Source: a virus (lineage: Duplodnaviria > Caudoviricetes). Taken from it: 64,000 bases of DNA. Every line of letters begins with the position of its first letter. Positions within the stretch are counted from its first letter, which is position 1. The notes under the pieces were generated by a model. That model was given only the letters and a program-made list of their open reading frames with translations, searched no databases and was not told where the DNA came from. The translations under genes and the position numbers were made by a program. Location: IMG/VR virus record IMGVR_UViG_3300016471_000834, positions 23,766 to 87,765 of that record. One strand, given 5' to 3'. Shown here piece after piece: positions 54,001 through 62,556 of this stretch.

Positions 54001-56368
54001 CGCATAGGCGGGTGGCCCGCTCAGACTCGAGCCAGAGCCACTTCCGATACTCATCCTGGATATCGCTCAGCTTTTGCTGGGCCACTACGCTATCCGTGGT
54101 GTTCAGGACCCGCTTCTTCTTCCGGTCCTCCGTCTCGACCTCGTCATAGATCATCGGGGTCCGGCCATCAAGCCCGCACTGAAGCAGGCTGAAGGCGTCC
54201 ATCCGACTGGTTCCCCATTTGTGCTGAGACTCCTGGCACTCTCGAACATCGGCATCGGGACGCTCGAACGTCCATGCACAGCGCCCTACGTAGTAGGCAT
54301 TGCCGGTGTACGTCGGAACGAGGTGCCGGATGAACGCCGTGATGACGTCTGCCGGGATCCACTGAGCATTTAGAGCAATCTGAATGTCGGCCGGCGCCAG
54401 ATCGCTCGGCTGCACACCTTCGGCGCTCAATGCCTCAACGTTGCGCTGGAAGCACGGGTCATGCTCCGCAGCAGCTCGAGCCTCGCGCAGGCGCCGGCGC
54501 ACGTTCCCGCTCAGGTATTCATCCGCCATGAGCCATTCCCGGCTCACGGGTTCCTGAAAGATCCGGCCCCCCAGCACCCGGATTACTTCGTCATCAGGTA
54601 AACTGGTCGCCTCTGCTATCCACGCTACGTCCAGCTTTCCCAGCCGGTCCAGACAGAGGAACATCGCGTCATGGGGATCGGTGACGCGCACCTGCTCCGG
54701 AGTCGGCAGGAGCGTCCGGGCCCGGAAGATGGCTTCCTTCTCTCCCCTGGGCGTCTCGAGCGCCAGGAGAAAGGACAGAATAGCGGGGTGCTGCTTGAAT
54801 GCGCTCAGTGCCTTTCCGTCTATCGCCCTGCCGAACAGTATGACAGTGCGGTCATAGACCTCATTCAGTTCACGCTGCGCCTCTGCCAGGGTCTCATCAT
54901 CTCCCCGGTTCATCTGCACCGCGATCACACGCTTCGCAGCCAGATATACCTGGTACCAATGGGACTGCACATCCGTCCGTGGCTCGAATACGATGTCGGC
55001 GGCCTGGGCCGGGGGCGGCTGCGTTGCTGCCGTTCGGGCAGCGTCCTCAGCGGTCATGAGCGGATTGGGCCATGCGTTCTCAAACGCCTCCCGCATGAGC
55101 TGCGAAATCTCGACGCCAGGAGGAGCCTTAACCGTGTAGCGGCCCTCACGCTCTCTAAGATCTCGAGCCTCCCGGTCCTTTCCTGATCGGTTGTTGAAAT
55201 CCTTCTTGCCCTCCCATCCATCATTCTTCGGGGAGGACCAGCCACCGGCACCGTACATGGATCCGTTCAGGGTGGACTGTCCGAGCACGCACTCGGGATG
55301 TGCCATGAACCACTTCGAGATATAGGCCTGCCCCTCGTATTCCTCCTCAAGTTCTTTCATCTGGGAGTTTCCGTACCAACTCCCATTACTCACATTCTTC
55401 CAGACCTTTCGCTTCCCGGGAAAGGTCCCCTCTACAGTCTCTGTCCAGGTATCATCTCCCAGCCCGGTCCCCCGCCGCTTCCGAAGGAACAGCACGTCAG
55501 TGACGACGTCCGTTCCCGCGTTGGCCTTGAACGCGGTCTCAGGGAGCCGAAGCGCCAGAACCAGGTCTGCAACCTGCGCCCATGCCTTGCGACAAGCGGA
55601 TGCTCCCGTGGTGCCGTCCAGCGTGTATCGGCTCGTGATGACCACGGTGAAGCCTCCGGGTCTCGTCAGTTCCAACATCCTCGTGATGAAGTAGTTGTGG
55701 ATGGAGGCCGTCGCCGCCTTCACTTTCATGCCTGGGTCGGCCACATGCACCTTCCCGAAGGGCACGTTCGTCATGGTCAGGTCAAACCAGTCCGTCAGGG
55801 TCCGATCCCCATGACGCAAGCGATAAGTCCGCTCAAATCCGTCCTGAATGACCTCGAGCTCCGGATAGAGATACTTGCAGATGGCGGCGGTAACGCGGTC
55901 TAACTCCACAGCGGTCGGGCGGTCCATCTTCGTGCGGGCCCACTCTGGGGCCGCGCCGTAGAAGTGCCCGATCCCCGCTGATGGATCGAGATAGCGGATC
56001 TTCGGCAGCGCTGGCAGGCCCAGAAGCTCGAGGCCATACCAGATGGCCCGAACAACCTCAAGGCTGGTGTAGTGCGCATTGGGAGTGCTACTCAGGAGGC
56101 TGGTGGTTTCCTTCTCGTCGAGAAGCCCCTTCAACTCATCCCCCAGCTTTTCGTGATATCGCCATGTCTCTTTCGGAGCTGCCAGCTTCAATACCGCATG
56201 GTCCCCCCAACCGGTGTACCGGCTCAATACCTCCCGCTGCTCATCACGGACATGCTCAGGAGCAACCCCATGATCGCGCAGATACTTCAACAACTTCAGC
56301 GCTTCCACATTGTTTCTGAACCTTTGGGTGGCCCCACCGAGGTTCAGATCATTCGGCAGCACAAACAT
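51017..56368 (-). CDS. DarB-like N6-adenine methyltransferase / SNF2 helicase fusion (1783 aa)
   Basis: 'N.EAL.LLK....Q...L.RYTGWG', 'AHYT', 'LDPSAGIG.F', 'TNVPFG', 'HNYFI...L...RPGG' (MTase); 'PTGAGKT', 'DEAQ..KN', 'ATATPI.NSL.E', 'QLVFLD', 'TGVNVQ.RL..LHH', 'QRDGRI.RQGN' (SF2 helicase). Confidence 0.9.
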   Translation of the reverse strand: MFVLPNDLNLGGATQRFRNNVEALKLLKYLRDHGVAPEHVRDEQREVLSRYTGWGDHAVLKLAAPKETWRYHEKLGDELKGLLDEKETTSLLSSTPNAHYTSLEVVRAIWYGLELLGLPALPKIRYLDPSAGIGHFYGAAPEWARTKMDRPTAVELDRVTAAICKYLYPELEVIQDGFERTYRLRHGDRTLTDWFDLTMTNVPFGKVHVADPGMKVKAATASIHNYFITRMLELTRPGGFTVVITSRYTLDGTTGASACRKAWAQVADLVLALRLPETAFKANAGTDVVTDVLFLRKRRGTGLGDDTWTETVEGTFPGKRKVWKNVSNGSWYGNSQMKELEEEYEGQAYISKWFMAHPECVLGQSTLNGSMYGAGGWSSPKNDGWEGKKDFNNRSGKDREARDLREREGRYTVKAPPGVEISQLMREAFENAWPNPLMTAEDAARTAATQPPPAQAADIVFEPRTDVQSHWYQVYLAAKRVIAVQMNRGDDETLAEAQRELNEVYDRTVILFGRAIDGKALSAFKQHPAILSFLLALETPRGEKEAIFRARTLLPTPEQVRVTDPHDAMFLCLDRLGKLDVAWIAEATSLPDDEVIRVLGGRIFQEPVSREWLMADEYLSGNVRRRLREARAAAEHDPCFQRNVEALSAEGVQPSDLAPADIQIALNAQWIPADVITAFIRHLVPTYTGNAYYVGRCAWTFERPDADVRECQESQHKWGTSRMDAFSLLQCGLDGRTPMIYDEVETEDRKKKRVLNTTDSVVAQQKLSDIQDEYRKWLWLESERATRLCEIYNDRYNCWRPRKFDGSFLTFPGMNQEYSLRDFQKDGVARVLFSDRKSHPLFGWPTGAGKTFGVIASIEKQLQLGMITKAVIAVPKHLVSQWVDDYRRLFPGRADQVLCAGKDDLTKAERGTFLARVATGGFRVVIMSHQQFKMLPASEETFAAVLQEQLDVLEEEIRDLEATSDDPKNDRSLKQLYSMRNDYEAKIRDRHERTKRDSSWTIQFEELGFDFFAGDEAQVWKNLQLITKMGRVNGIRTGKNQISLDFLCKVRWLTRKAKGKLLLATATPIANSLAEAYVFASYLQEALLEEKELSHADAFFGLFTRPYSSVELDPSCDGYRVVSRLEFGNLPELVHLLRQSWHVVKPEDLKLKIPTLVTGQEIVVQTPGSDDLKSFIKGLAARASRIREGKVKPEVDNMLSVCSDGRWASLTNGNPALAVPADRPTKLRDCARNVALHWRETADEFGTQLVFLDLGVPKAEKGKETKKREDEELEADVPTDDVLVAVQEELTAAELTAQRSMYGIFRQYLIGEGIPLEQIAFAQEHKSPEEKRRLYQRINDGEIRVLVGSTEVMSTGVNVQKRLIALHHLDPTWRPDGKTQRDGRIRRQGNQWDQVYVYVYLTEGSFDAYMWGLIRSKLRVIEQVMYGDVTIRRIDGDIGEMVLRASEIQALASGNPKVLEFVGVQNELTKLSKVRQAWVRSKANQKYELGWIPSQITRHEGNIANLERQILLRDSQHSTEVLHPRSVVSTYMMTPPAPRYTQHTEAKTAWEQMGQVVEAMKQYAYTLDELQELWKEHRIERKDQKEIGSYKGISSLDRPFARYKGFDVIIQSEWGDRHSLRLVPPFASYGIWKASFGSTAQGTFQSLDAALARIEHQIRQERSDISLLEAKRAAILAERDSKWEHTTKYRRLLAQYRELASQLATEGLSASEFDDIPDDETVEVQQEISHVECTMEMVEKQLDIWSLMGAPAPTSKVTMRSPAPAKRGTGRKKKELVQSGLFG

Positions 56369-56461
56369 TCATGCCTCCGCACTTCCTGCAATCGCCTCGC
56401 CGTTGCGAGTCGCCGTCATCCGTGAGCCATACCATAGCACACATTAGGATGATAGGATAGT

Positions 56462-56489
56462 ATTATAGCATAAGTGTTCAAAATTGCAA
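56462..56489 (-). promoter_or_regulatory. sigma70-like promoter for the DarB-like gene
   Basis: TTGCAA-N16-TATAAT with TGn extension, followed by ACTATCCTATCATCC. Confidence 0.75.
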
Positions 56490-56519
56490 GATTTTTGCGT
56501 ATTTACACCGTCACAGCCT

Positions 56520-56963
56520 TCAGTCGTCACCCAGATCGAAGGCATTAATGGCTGGCGTGGACGATATCGGCGATGCTGGAGAGACCGGCTCCTGGTAGGC
56601 GAATGGCAGCGGTTCCTCCATCGGCATTTCAGGCTCATACCGATGGGCAGCCAATGCCGGAGGAACTGGTACGCCCCCATAGCCCATGTAGGCGCGTATG
56701 CGCTCGTACCAGCGCAACATATCTGGATCAAACGGCTTGGCTGTATAGTGCTCGACAAGCCGAATGAAGTCCTCTGGCCACTCAGGGATGGGGGCGACCG
56801 GGAAGGGGCCCGTTGCAAAGTGCTGATGCACCGGGTCAGCTTTGATACTGGATACCGGACGTCTCACTTTCGATTCCTCCACTCTGCTTCCACCATCTGG
56901 CGGCAGATGGGCGGGTACTTCTCCCACTTCATGCCGGCGCTTTTGGTCATACCGAGCGCCCAC
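56520..56963 (-). CDS. Pro-rich hypothetical protein (true start uncertain, probably about 56830)
   Basis: Track ORF; its 5' part overlaps the exonuclease gene. Confidence 0.4.
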   Translation of the reverse strand: MGARYDQKRRHEVGEVPAHLPPDGGSRVEESKVRRPVSSIKADPVHQHFATGPFPVAPIPEWPEDFIRLVEHYTAKPFDPDMLRWYERIRAYMGYGGVPVPPALAAHRYEPEMPMEEPLPFAYQEPVSPASPISSTPAINAFDLGDD

Positions 56964-57826
56964 TCAAGGTAGGAAGCCGGGGTGTCATGAAGCGACTCGC
57001 CAGCATGTTTACCGTATCCCCATCGAGTCTTCCCGTCTTCAGAATCCACCCGAAACATGCCCTGGAACATATCCCCGTCCCGGTCTTGAACCTCGAGCGC
57101 CCGCTGCTCGAGCTGCTTCAGTTCGCCCCAGAGAGGCGTCAGGCGGCGTTCATTCTGGGCAAGGTGCCTGATGACGGCCCGGGCCTTCAGGCAGTCCAGG
57201 GTGGCCTTGCTGCCCGGCGCTACAAGGGTCGCTTCCTCCTCTGTGACCTTGCACAGCAACTCATCAAATGCCGCTCTTAGGCTGTGACTCCGCCAGCGGG
57301 GATAGAGGTGCCGGGTAACCGCCATCATGTCCAGGACCGGGGGAATGCTCTCCAGCAACGGCGTGTTCCGGGTGCGCTTCCACGCCTCTTCGAACCATTG
57401 CACATCAAAGCGGAAGTTCCACCCGATGATCACGTCCGCCCACGCCATCACCTCGAGCATGCTATCAAGGCGCTCCTCGAAGCGCGGGGCCGCGTAGATA
57501 ACGTGCAGGTCCCGGTCGGTCAGGCCGCAGTGCTTGCTCGCCTCTGGACTGATCTGGCAGCCCGGATTGATCCAGAGCTGCCCCGCCTCCTCCTCCGCGT
57601 CTCCATCCCAGTTCTCGAAGGCATAGCCGAACTCGAAAGGCGTCCCTACCTGCCCAAAGCGGTCAGTGTCGTCCGCATCGAGGAAGGGGGTCTCAAGGTC
57701 TACAATCGCCATCTTCAGCCGCGCCCATGGTCGCCTATCCAGTGCCAGTGCTCTATCCATGTCTATCTCCCTATGGTTTGCGTCGCAGGTATTCCTCTGC
57801 GAGCCGTTTAACATGAGATCCTCCAT
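56864..57826 (-). CDS. DEDD(h) 3'-5' exonuclease (DnaQ/ExoX-like)
   Basis: 'IVDLETP', 'IGWNF.FD', 'H.L', and C-terminal 'GYGKH.G..L.D.P..YL.W' ExoX-type motif. Confidence 0.85.
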   Translation of the reverse strand: MEDLMLNGSQRNTCDANHREIDMDRALALDRRPWARLKMAIVDLETPFLDADDTDRFGQVGTPFEFGYAFENWDGDAEEEAGQLWINPGCQISPEASKHCGLTDRDLHVIYAAPRFEERLDSMLEVMAWADVIIGWNFRFDVQWFEEAWKRTRNTPLLESIPPVLDMMAVTRHLYPRWRSHSLRAAFDELLCKVTEEEATLVAPGSKATLDCLKARAVIRHLAQNERRLTPLWGELKQLEQRALEVQDRDGDMFQGMFRVDSEDGKTRWGYGKHAGESLHDTPASYLEWALGMTKSAGMKWEKYPPICRQMVEAEWRNRK

Positions 57827-59456
57827 CCACTGGGAGAACCTCCAACTGCTCCTTCTCAGGGTCCATGACGCCTTCGGCCTGCGAGCGCTTCACCCCCAAC
57901 ACATCGATCATCACCGGGTCCGAGCCCTCTTCACAATGCGGATAGTAGGCCCAGACCGCGCTGTCCTGGCCATCTCGAGCGAGGCGGCCTTCGTTCTGCT
58001 CATGGACCATCGGGGACCAGTCCAACTCTCCAAACACGCATGTCGAGCTGACCTGCTGCAACCCATCCAGGCCGGCGCCAGAGCGCAGGCTCATGATGAA
58101 CACTCTGGCCTCCCCTGCAATGAACTTCCCGCGTGCCTCATCCTTTTGCTTGGGGCTCTCAGAGCCCGTATAGAGGACTGGATTGAGGTCTTTCAGGCGG
58201 TCCATCCAGATCTTGTAGACCTCACGATGCCAGCCAAAGAGCACCACCTGATCATCTTCAGCCAACATTCGAACGAACTCGGCTACATACGGCGCCTTCG
58301 CGATCCCTGTCGCCTGCCGAACCATCATATCGAACTTGCCACCTGCCTGGAACTTGGCGGCTTTCTCTGCACCCTGGCTCAGAATGATCTGGGCGAGCTC
58401 GCGGGCGGAGGCGCCGACCTGATCGAGTGCCCGAATGTCGGCATCAATGGGGTAGGCGATCTTGTGGACGCCTGGCAGCTCTCTCCCGACGTCTTTCCGT
58501 GTCCGTCTCAGGAGCAGCCCCTGCTCGCGAAGAAAGGCACCCAGCACCTTGGGCTGCTTCACCCGATACTTCCCCTGTCCGAGCGACTCGCACCATTCTC
58601 GGTTGAATTCGTCCCTCGATCCCAATCCGTCTTCCTCGATCACGTCCAATACAGACCAGATCTCCCCTCCGTAGTTGTAGATGGGGGTAGCTGACAGCCC
58701 CAGGACGAATTCCGAATGGCGGGCGAGGTGTCGAGCTGCCCGGTATTTGAGGACAGGGCCTTCCGTCCCCTCTCCTGTCCGGAGTTCCTGGATCTCATCG
58801 AATACAATGAGCTTGTTCCAGCCGGCCAGCATATCGGCCCATCCATTCAGCTTGTGGTAGTTGATGATAAGCACGTCGGGTGGCCCATTCAGCCCTCGCA
58901 AATTGTCCAGGGCGTAAGGCTTCCCGGTCTTTACAATGTGAACCTTTAGATCCGGCAGGAAGCGTTTGACCTCTCGAGCCCACTGCATGGGAAGATGCGT
59001 CATCGTCACGACCAGAGTCGGCAGCGTGCGGGGGTCGGCCACCATCGTCAGAGCCGAAATCGTCTTTCCGAGCCCGACATCATCCCCCAGGAGCAACCGT
59101 CTTCTGGCCAGTCCAAGTTGCGCCGCGACCCCCTGATAGGATCTCGGGGGAAGCGCCATCGTATAGGTCGCAGGCGGCTGATAATCGGCGGACAGGATAT
59201 GCTCAAGTTGCTCTACACGCTCTCGATGGTTTTCAGCTCGCCGCTCGAGATACAGGAGATGGTCCCCCTCCATCGGATACCGCAACAGAAGCCATGACAG
59301 GTCTCGGCAGGTCTCGAGCGAGTCTTTGAGCACCATCGCCCCGTGAGAAGACTTGTCCACCTTGGGAAACAGGCGCTTGACCATCATCATTACGTGCGGT
59401 TCGCACCGCACAATCCAGCGCCCTTCCTTGTATTCGATGGTGCCGTAGGATCTCAC
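57771..59456 (-). CDS. SNF2-family (DEAD/DEAH-box) helicase
   Basis: 'LLGDDVGLGKT', 'FDEIQ', 'LSATP', 'LLRRTRKDV..ELP', 'GLDGLQ', 'QNEGRLARDGQ'. Confidence 0.9.
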   Translation of the reverse strand: MRSYGTIEYKEGRWIVRCEPHVMMMVKRLFPKVDKSSHGAMVLKDSLETCRDLSWLLLRYPMEGDHLLYLERRAENHRERVEQLEHILSADYQPPATYTMALPPRSYQGVAAQLGLARRRLLLGDDVGLGKTISALTMVADPRTLPTLVVTMTHLPMQWAREVKRFLPDLKVHIVKTGKPYALDNLRGLNGPPDVLIINYHKLNGWADMLAGWNKLIVFDEIQELRTGEGTEGPVLKYRAARHLARHSEFVLGLSATPIYNYGGEIWSVLDVIEEDGLGSRDEFNREWCESLGQGKYRVKQPKVLGAFLREQGLLLRRTRKDVGRELPGVHKIAYPIDADIRALDQVGASARELAQIILSQGAEKAAKFQAGGKFDMMVRQATGIAKAPYVAEFVRMLAEDDQVVLFGWHREVYKIWMDRLKDLNPVLYTGSESPKQKDEARGKFIAGEARVFIMSLRSGAGLDGLQQVSSTCVFGELDWSPMVHEQNEGRLARDGQDSAVWAYYPHCEEGSDPVMIDVLGVKRSQAEGVMDPEKEQLEVLPVDGGSHVKRLAEEYLRRKP

Positions 59457-59953
59457 ATGATCCCCCGTTTCAGCCAGGCCACCATGACATCCTTTCCGTT
59501 CATGGTGCTGGGAAGGCGATGCCCGCTCTTCGTGGTCGCCAGCAAGAGGGACTCGAGCGGCTTTCCATCAACGCTCGCCTCAAGATAGCGATGACACTGC
59601 CGGGTCACAGCCGCTTGGCTCCCGTCGATCTTGATCTCGAGCCCAACGAGTCCGACCATGAAGTCTATGCGGCCAGCAGGCCCATCCAGACCCTGCAGTT
59701 CCACCTCTCTTCGGACATCTGTCCAGCCCACACGAGCCAGAGCCTTCTCAATCGCGTTCTGCAACTCCAGCTCAGAACTACCGCCAAACTTGAAGGCGTT
59801 GAGCGCGCACCAGACGTTATGCACAGTCATCGGCGGGATGCAGTTCTCATTCTGCACCTGCCCGGGCAGGTACATACAGCGACTGCACAGCCTGGAAATG
59901 GTCAGGCCGCTCGAATCCAGCCAGTTCCCACAGTTCTCGCATGCTCCCCTCAT
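59453..59953 (-). CDS. PD-(D/E)xK nuclease-like protein
   Basis: 'E.ELQ..I...L', 'REV.L......RIDF', 'LEIK', 'Q..RY' pattern. Confidence 0.65.
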   Translation of the reverse strand: MRGACENCGNWLDSSGLTISRLCSRCMYLPGQVQNENCIPPMTVHNVWCALNAFKFGGSSELELQNAIEKALARVGWTDVRREVELQGLDGPAGRIDFMVGLVGLEIKIDGSQAAVTRQCHRYLEASVDGKPLESLLLATTKSGHRLPSTMNGKDVMVAWLKRGIM

Positions 59954-60927
59954 ATTCTCCCCTCAAACAGACCGATCTGATGGCCAGATTTCTCACTCAG
60001 ACGCCTCTGCTGCGTCTGATACCATGTGCGCATGTGCTTCCGTCGGTGCTCGAGGTCGCACGAAAAGAACTCAGGGTGTGCAGAGTCGAAGACTCCCCGC
60101 CGCTTGCGGATCTTCTGGGCCTCTTTTCTGGCCGCGTCGTCCCAGGCCATTGAGTCAATAGAGTGGACTCGCGAGCCGTAGCGCCACAAAAACGGCAGCA
60201 CATCCCCCTTGACTCCAAAGAGATGGAGGCGGGTCTCCGGTGGCAACTCCGCATGAAGCACGTCCAGTACCGGAAGGACGCCTTCTGGGCCGTGAATCTC
60301 CCGCCCGCACACTGACCCCACCCCAATCAATTCGGGGAGCTCCGAATAATCACGCCCATCCTCCTGCTCGTTTTCCGCCAGAGGCCGGCGTCGCCAGACA
60401 TCCGCCAGAGCTCGAGCACTCCACAGGTAATCTGCCGGTCGGCGCCCCTGAAGCGTCGGGAGTGGTCTGGTAAGCCAGTTGAAGCCCTCCCACCAATAGC
60501 TGGCCACGGCATCCAGCGTCTCCTCATATGTCTCAATGGTGAGGGCCATTCGTCGCTCTACCTCAAGCCTGTTGGGAGCGATCTCCTGCTCGCAGCAGAA
60601 ATCCATCGCAGCCCACCAAGCCCATGGGAATGGAAGGTCGCACGGACCCGGGGCCTCGTCATCTCCCCAGACTCGGGAGCTGTTCGTGGCGACCAGTTCG
60701 ACATGATCGTAGACGCTCCAGCGATACCCGCCGCGAAGCATTGCGCTGAATCCGGCACTATCGAGCGCAGCGTTGAGAAACCATGGGGCCATTCCAATCC
60801 GGTGAAAATCGCATTTCTTTGGGTCAAACAGGCTACCCATCGAAACGAGAATAGGCGCACCCAGCGAAGCTGCTTCGTGTGCCAGCTCATTCATGATAGA
60901 CCTGGGCAAACCCAACCTAATGATCAC
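59950..60927 (-). CDS. DpdA-like (tRNA-guanine transglycosylase fold) DNA deazapurine-insertion enzyme
   Basis: 'LDSAGFS', 'MD.CCE', 'P.LQG..P.DY', 'IGVGSVC.R', 'LH.FGVK', 'S.DSMAW..AAR' TGT-barrel motifs. Confidence 0.8.
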   Translation of the reverse strand: MIIRLGLPRSIMNELAHEAASLGAPILVSMGSLFDPKKCDFHRIGMAPWFLNAALDSAGFSAMLRGGYRWSVYDHVELVATNSSRVWGDDEAPGPCDLPFPWAWWAAMDFCCEQEIAPNRLEVERRMALTIETYEETLDAVASYWWEGFNWLTRPLPTLQGRRPADYLWSARALADVWRRRPLAENEQEDGRDYSELPELIGVGSVCGREIHGPEGVLPVLDVLHAELPPETRLHLFGVKGDVLPFLWRYGSRVHSIDSMAWDDAARKEAQKIRKRRGVFDSAHPEFFSCDLEHRRKHMRTWYQTQQRRLSEKSGHQIGLFEGRI

Positions 60928-61033
60928 TCTTCATCTTCCCCGTAACACAATAGCCGCTCTGCATACATCGTCCAGATGATGCAGCGGCTCCAGTCGTTCT
61001 GGCACTGTGGCATCTTGTGAATGATGGAGTTGG

Positions 61034-61342
61034 TCACTCATTTTCCGGCTCGGCTCCTGAACATCCCGGGCACTGGATCTCTGTCTCGTTGACAGCCCGC
61101 CAGCCAATCGCATGGGCCGCCGCAACGACGTCGGTATCGTCTCCTGGAACGACTTCCTCCTCAAGAAAGCCTTCGTCGCAGAAGCTGCATGTCAGCCGCA
61201 GAAAGGTCACGAGCGTTGTGTGCGGCATCAGGGCATAAACGCCATCATCTGTGGTCTGCATGATCACCTCAGAAGCTGCCCACTGGGCTGGCCGTTGGAG
61301 TTGGGTTTGGGGTCTGGCGGCTTGCCATAAACAGCAGAGCAC
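61034..61342 (-). CDS. Small zinc-binding hypothetical protein
   Basis: CSFC and CPGC pairs; start uncertain. Confidence 0.45.
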   Translation of the reverse strand: MLCCLWQAARPQTQLQRPAQWAASEVIMQTTDDGVYALMPHTTLVTFLRLTCSFCDEGFLEEEVVPGDDTDVVAAAHAIGWRAVNETEIQCPGCSGAEPENE

Positions 61343-61745
61343 CCATGATGGAGAGCAAGACCATCAACGCAATGAGATGGTACCTGGAAACCGTCGTAGT
61401 CTGCGCCTGGATGGACTGAAACATGGGGGGGATGTCTGGACGACGGGACTGCAGTGCCACTCGAGCGGCGGCTGCATGAGCAGATTTCTCAATCTGGTGT
61501 TCGAGCACCCGGCACTCTGCTCGGAGTCTGGTGCCTTCGTCATCTGTGCCCAGCACCACCAGTGGATTCAGCCCTGGCTCGTCCATAGCCTCGATCTGTA
61601 CAATACAGTTCGGCCATCTCATCTCGGCATACTCAAAAGCCGCATCCTCATTCTTGAACGTCAATTGAGCCAATTCAATGTCATCTTCATGGCCATCCAG
61701 AACCAGCATAAACCTGAATCTCGTAAATCTTGCAATGTTGTCCAT
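61269..61745 (-). CDS. Hypothetical protein with C-terminal TM segment
   Basis: 'YHLIALMVLLSIMGALLFMA' hydrophobic helix. Confidence 0.55.
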   Translation of the reverse strand: MDNIARFTRFRFMLVLDGHEDDIELAQLTFKNEDAAFEYAEMRWPNCIVQIEAMDEPGLNPLVVLGTDDEGTRLRAECRVLEHQIEKSAHAAAARVALQSRRPDIPPMFQSIQAQTTTVSRYHLIALMVLLSIMGALLFMASRQTPNPTPTASPVGSF

Positions 61746-61775
61746 TTCGTTCTCCTCGTGCCAGGAGCACGCCCA

Positions 61776-62549
61776 TCATTCCACAGCGATTTCCTTTACC
61801 GCACACGCCATGAGATCATCTCGAAGCCCATCCTCGAGCGCCCAAGCAAACAGCAGCTTTCCATCCTTCGCAGTTCCGCAGAACACCGCGTCGGCAGCTC
61901 GATACAAAGCACCGTCGTGGCCCTGCGCTGGGTCCGCATAGGTCACCAGCAGCCGAGGTTGAGCCTCGAGCCGCTCGTTACATTTTCTCGCAACCCAGAC
62001 GTCCCGGAGCGATGGGAGCGCCTGAACTGCATGACCCCGAATCACCCGGCGCAGGAACTGCGGAGTGAAATTCGGAGCCACATCTGGGGTCAGATCATCA
62101 GCTCGCCAGCACCGGACCAAGGTCAGCACCTCACATTGGTGCAGATCCGCGCCTCGAGCCCGGAGAGCTTCCACCACGATATGGTTTGATGGGATGAGGC
62201 TGAACATCATCATCCCAGCAACCCCAGCGGGCCCCGGTTGAAGACCGTCTATGTCCGCCAGGTACACCAGGATCTTCTTGTTGGGCGGCACCGGCCATCG
62301 CCGAAGATAATGCCGACGCCGAACGATATCTGAGTACAGCCGCACATCCGTGGCGTTGTAGGCCCCGCCTCGATTATTGTCCACGACTCGAATTGCCATC
62401 CGCTGGACGGCCCAGCGACGCGATTTGGCCATCCACCACAGAGGGATCTGCCCGGCGAGATAGCGCACCTTGACGTAAGTGGTGTCTCTCCTTGATACCT
62501 GCCACGGATACAATCGTCTCAAAAATCTCTTCAGGCCAGGTGTCAGCAT
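61776..62549 (-). CDS. Mom-like GNAT-fold DNA-modification protein
   Basis: 'CEVLTLVRCW..D....N...FL...I' and 'LLVTYADPAQGHDGALYRAA...FCG' resemble the Mom-family 'SYAD...GH.G.IY.A' motif. Confidence 0.7.
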   Translation of the reverse strand: MLTPGLKRFLRRLYPWQVSRRDTTYVKVRYLAGQIPLWWMAKSRRWAVQRMAIRVVDNNRGGAYNATDVRLYSDIVRRRHYLRRWPVPPNKKILVYLADIDGLQPGPAGVAGMMMFSLIPSNHIVVEALRARGADLHQCEVLTLVRCWRADDLTPDVAPNFTPQFLRRVIRGHAVQALPSLRDVWVARKCNERLEAQPRLLVTYADPAQGHDGALYRAADAVFCGTAKDGKLLFAWALEDGLRDDLMACAVKEIAVE

Positions 62550-62556
62550 GTCCCCC

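Noticed and set aside
468-54007. Long plus-strand ORFs (e.g. 468..1412, 3005..3991, 4070..5344, 11443..12636, 12681..14240, 29485..31029, 52265..54007)
   Set aside because: They are antisense shadows of well-supported minus-strand genes in GC-rich DNA, with no recognisable motifs, RBSs or plus-strand promoters.
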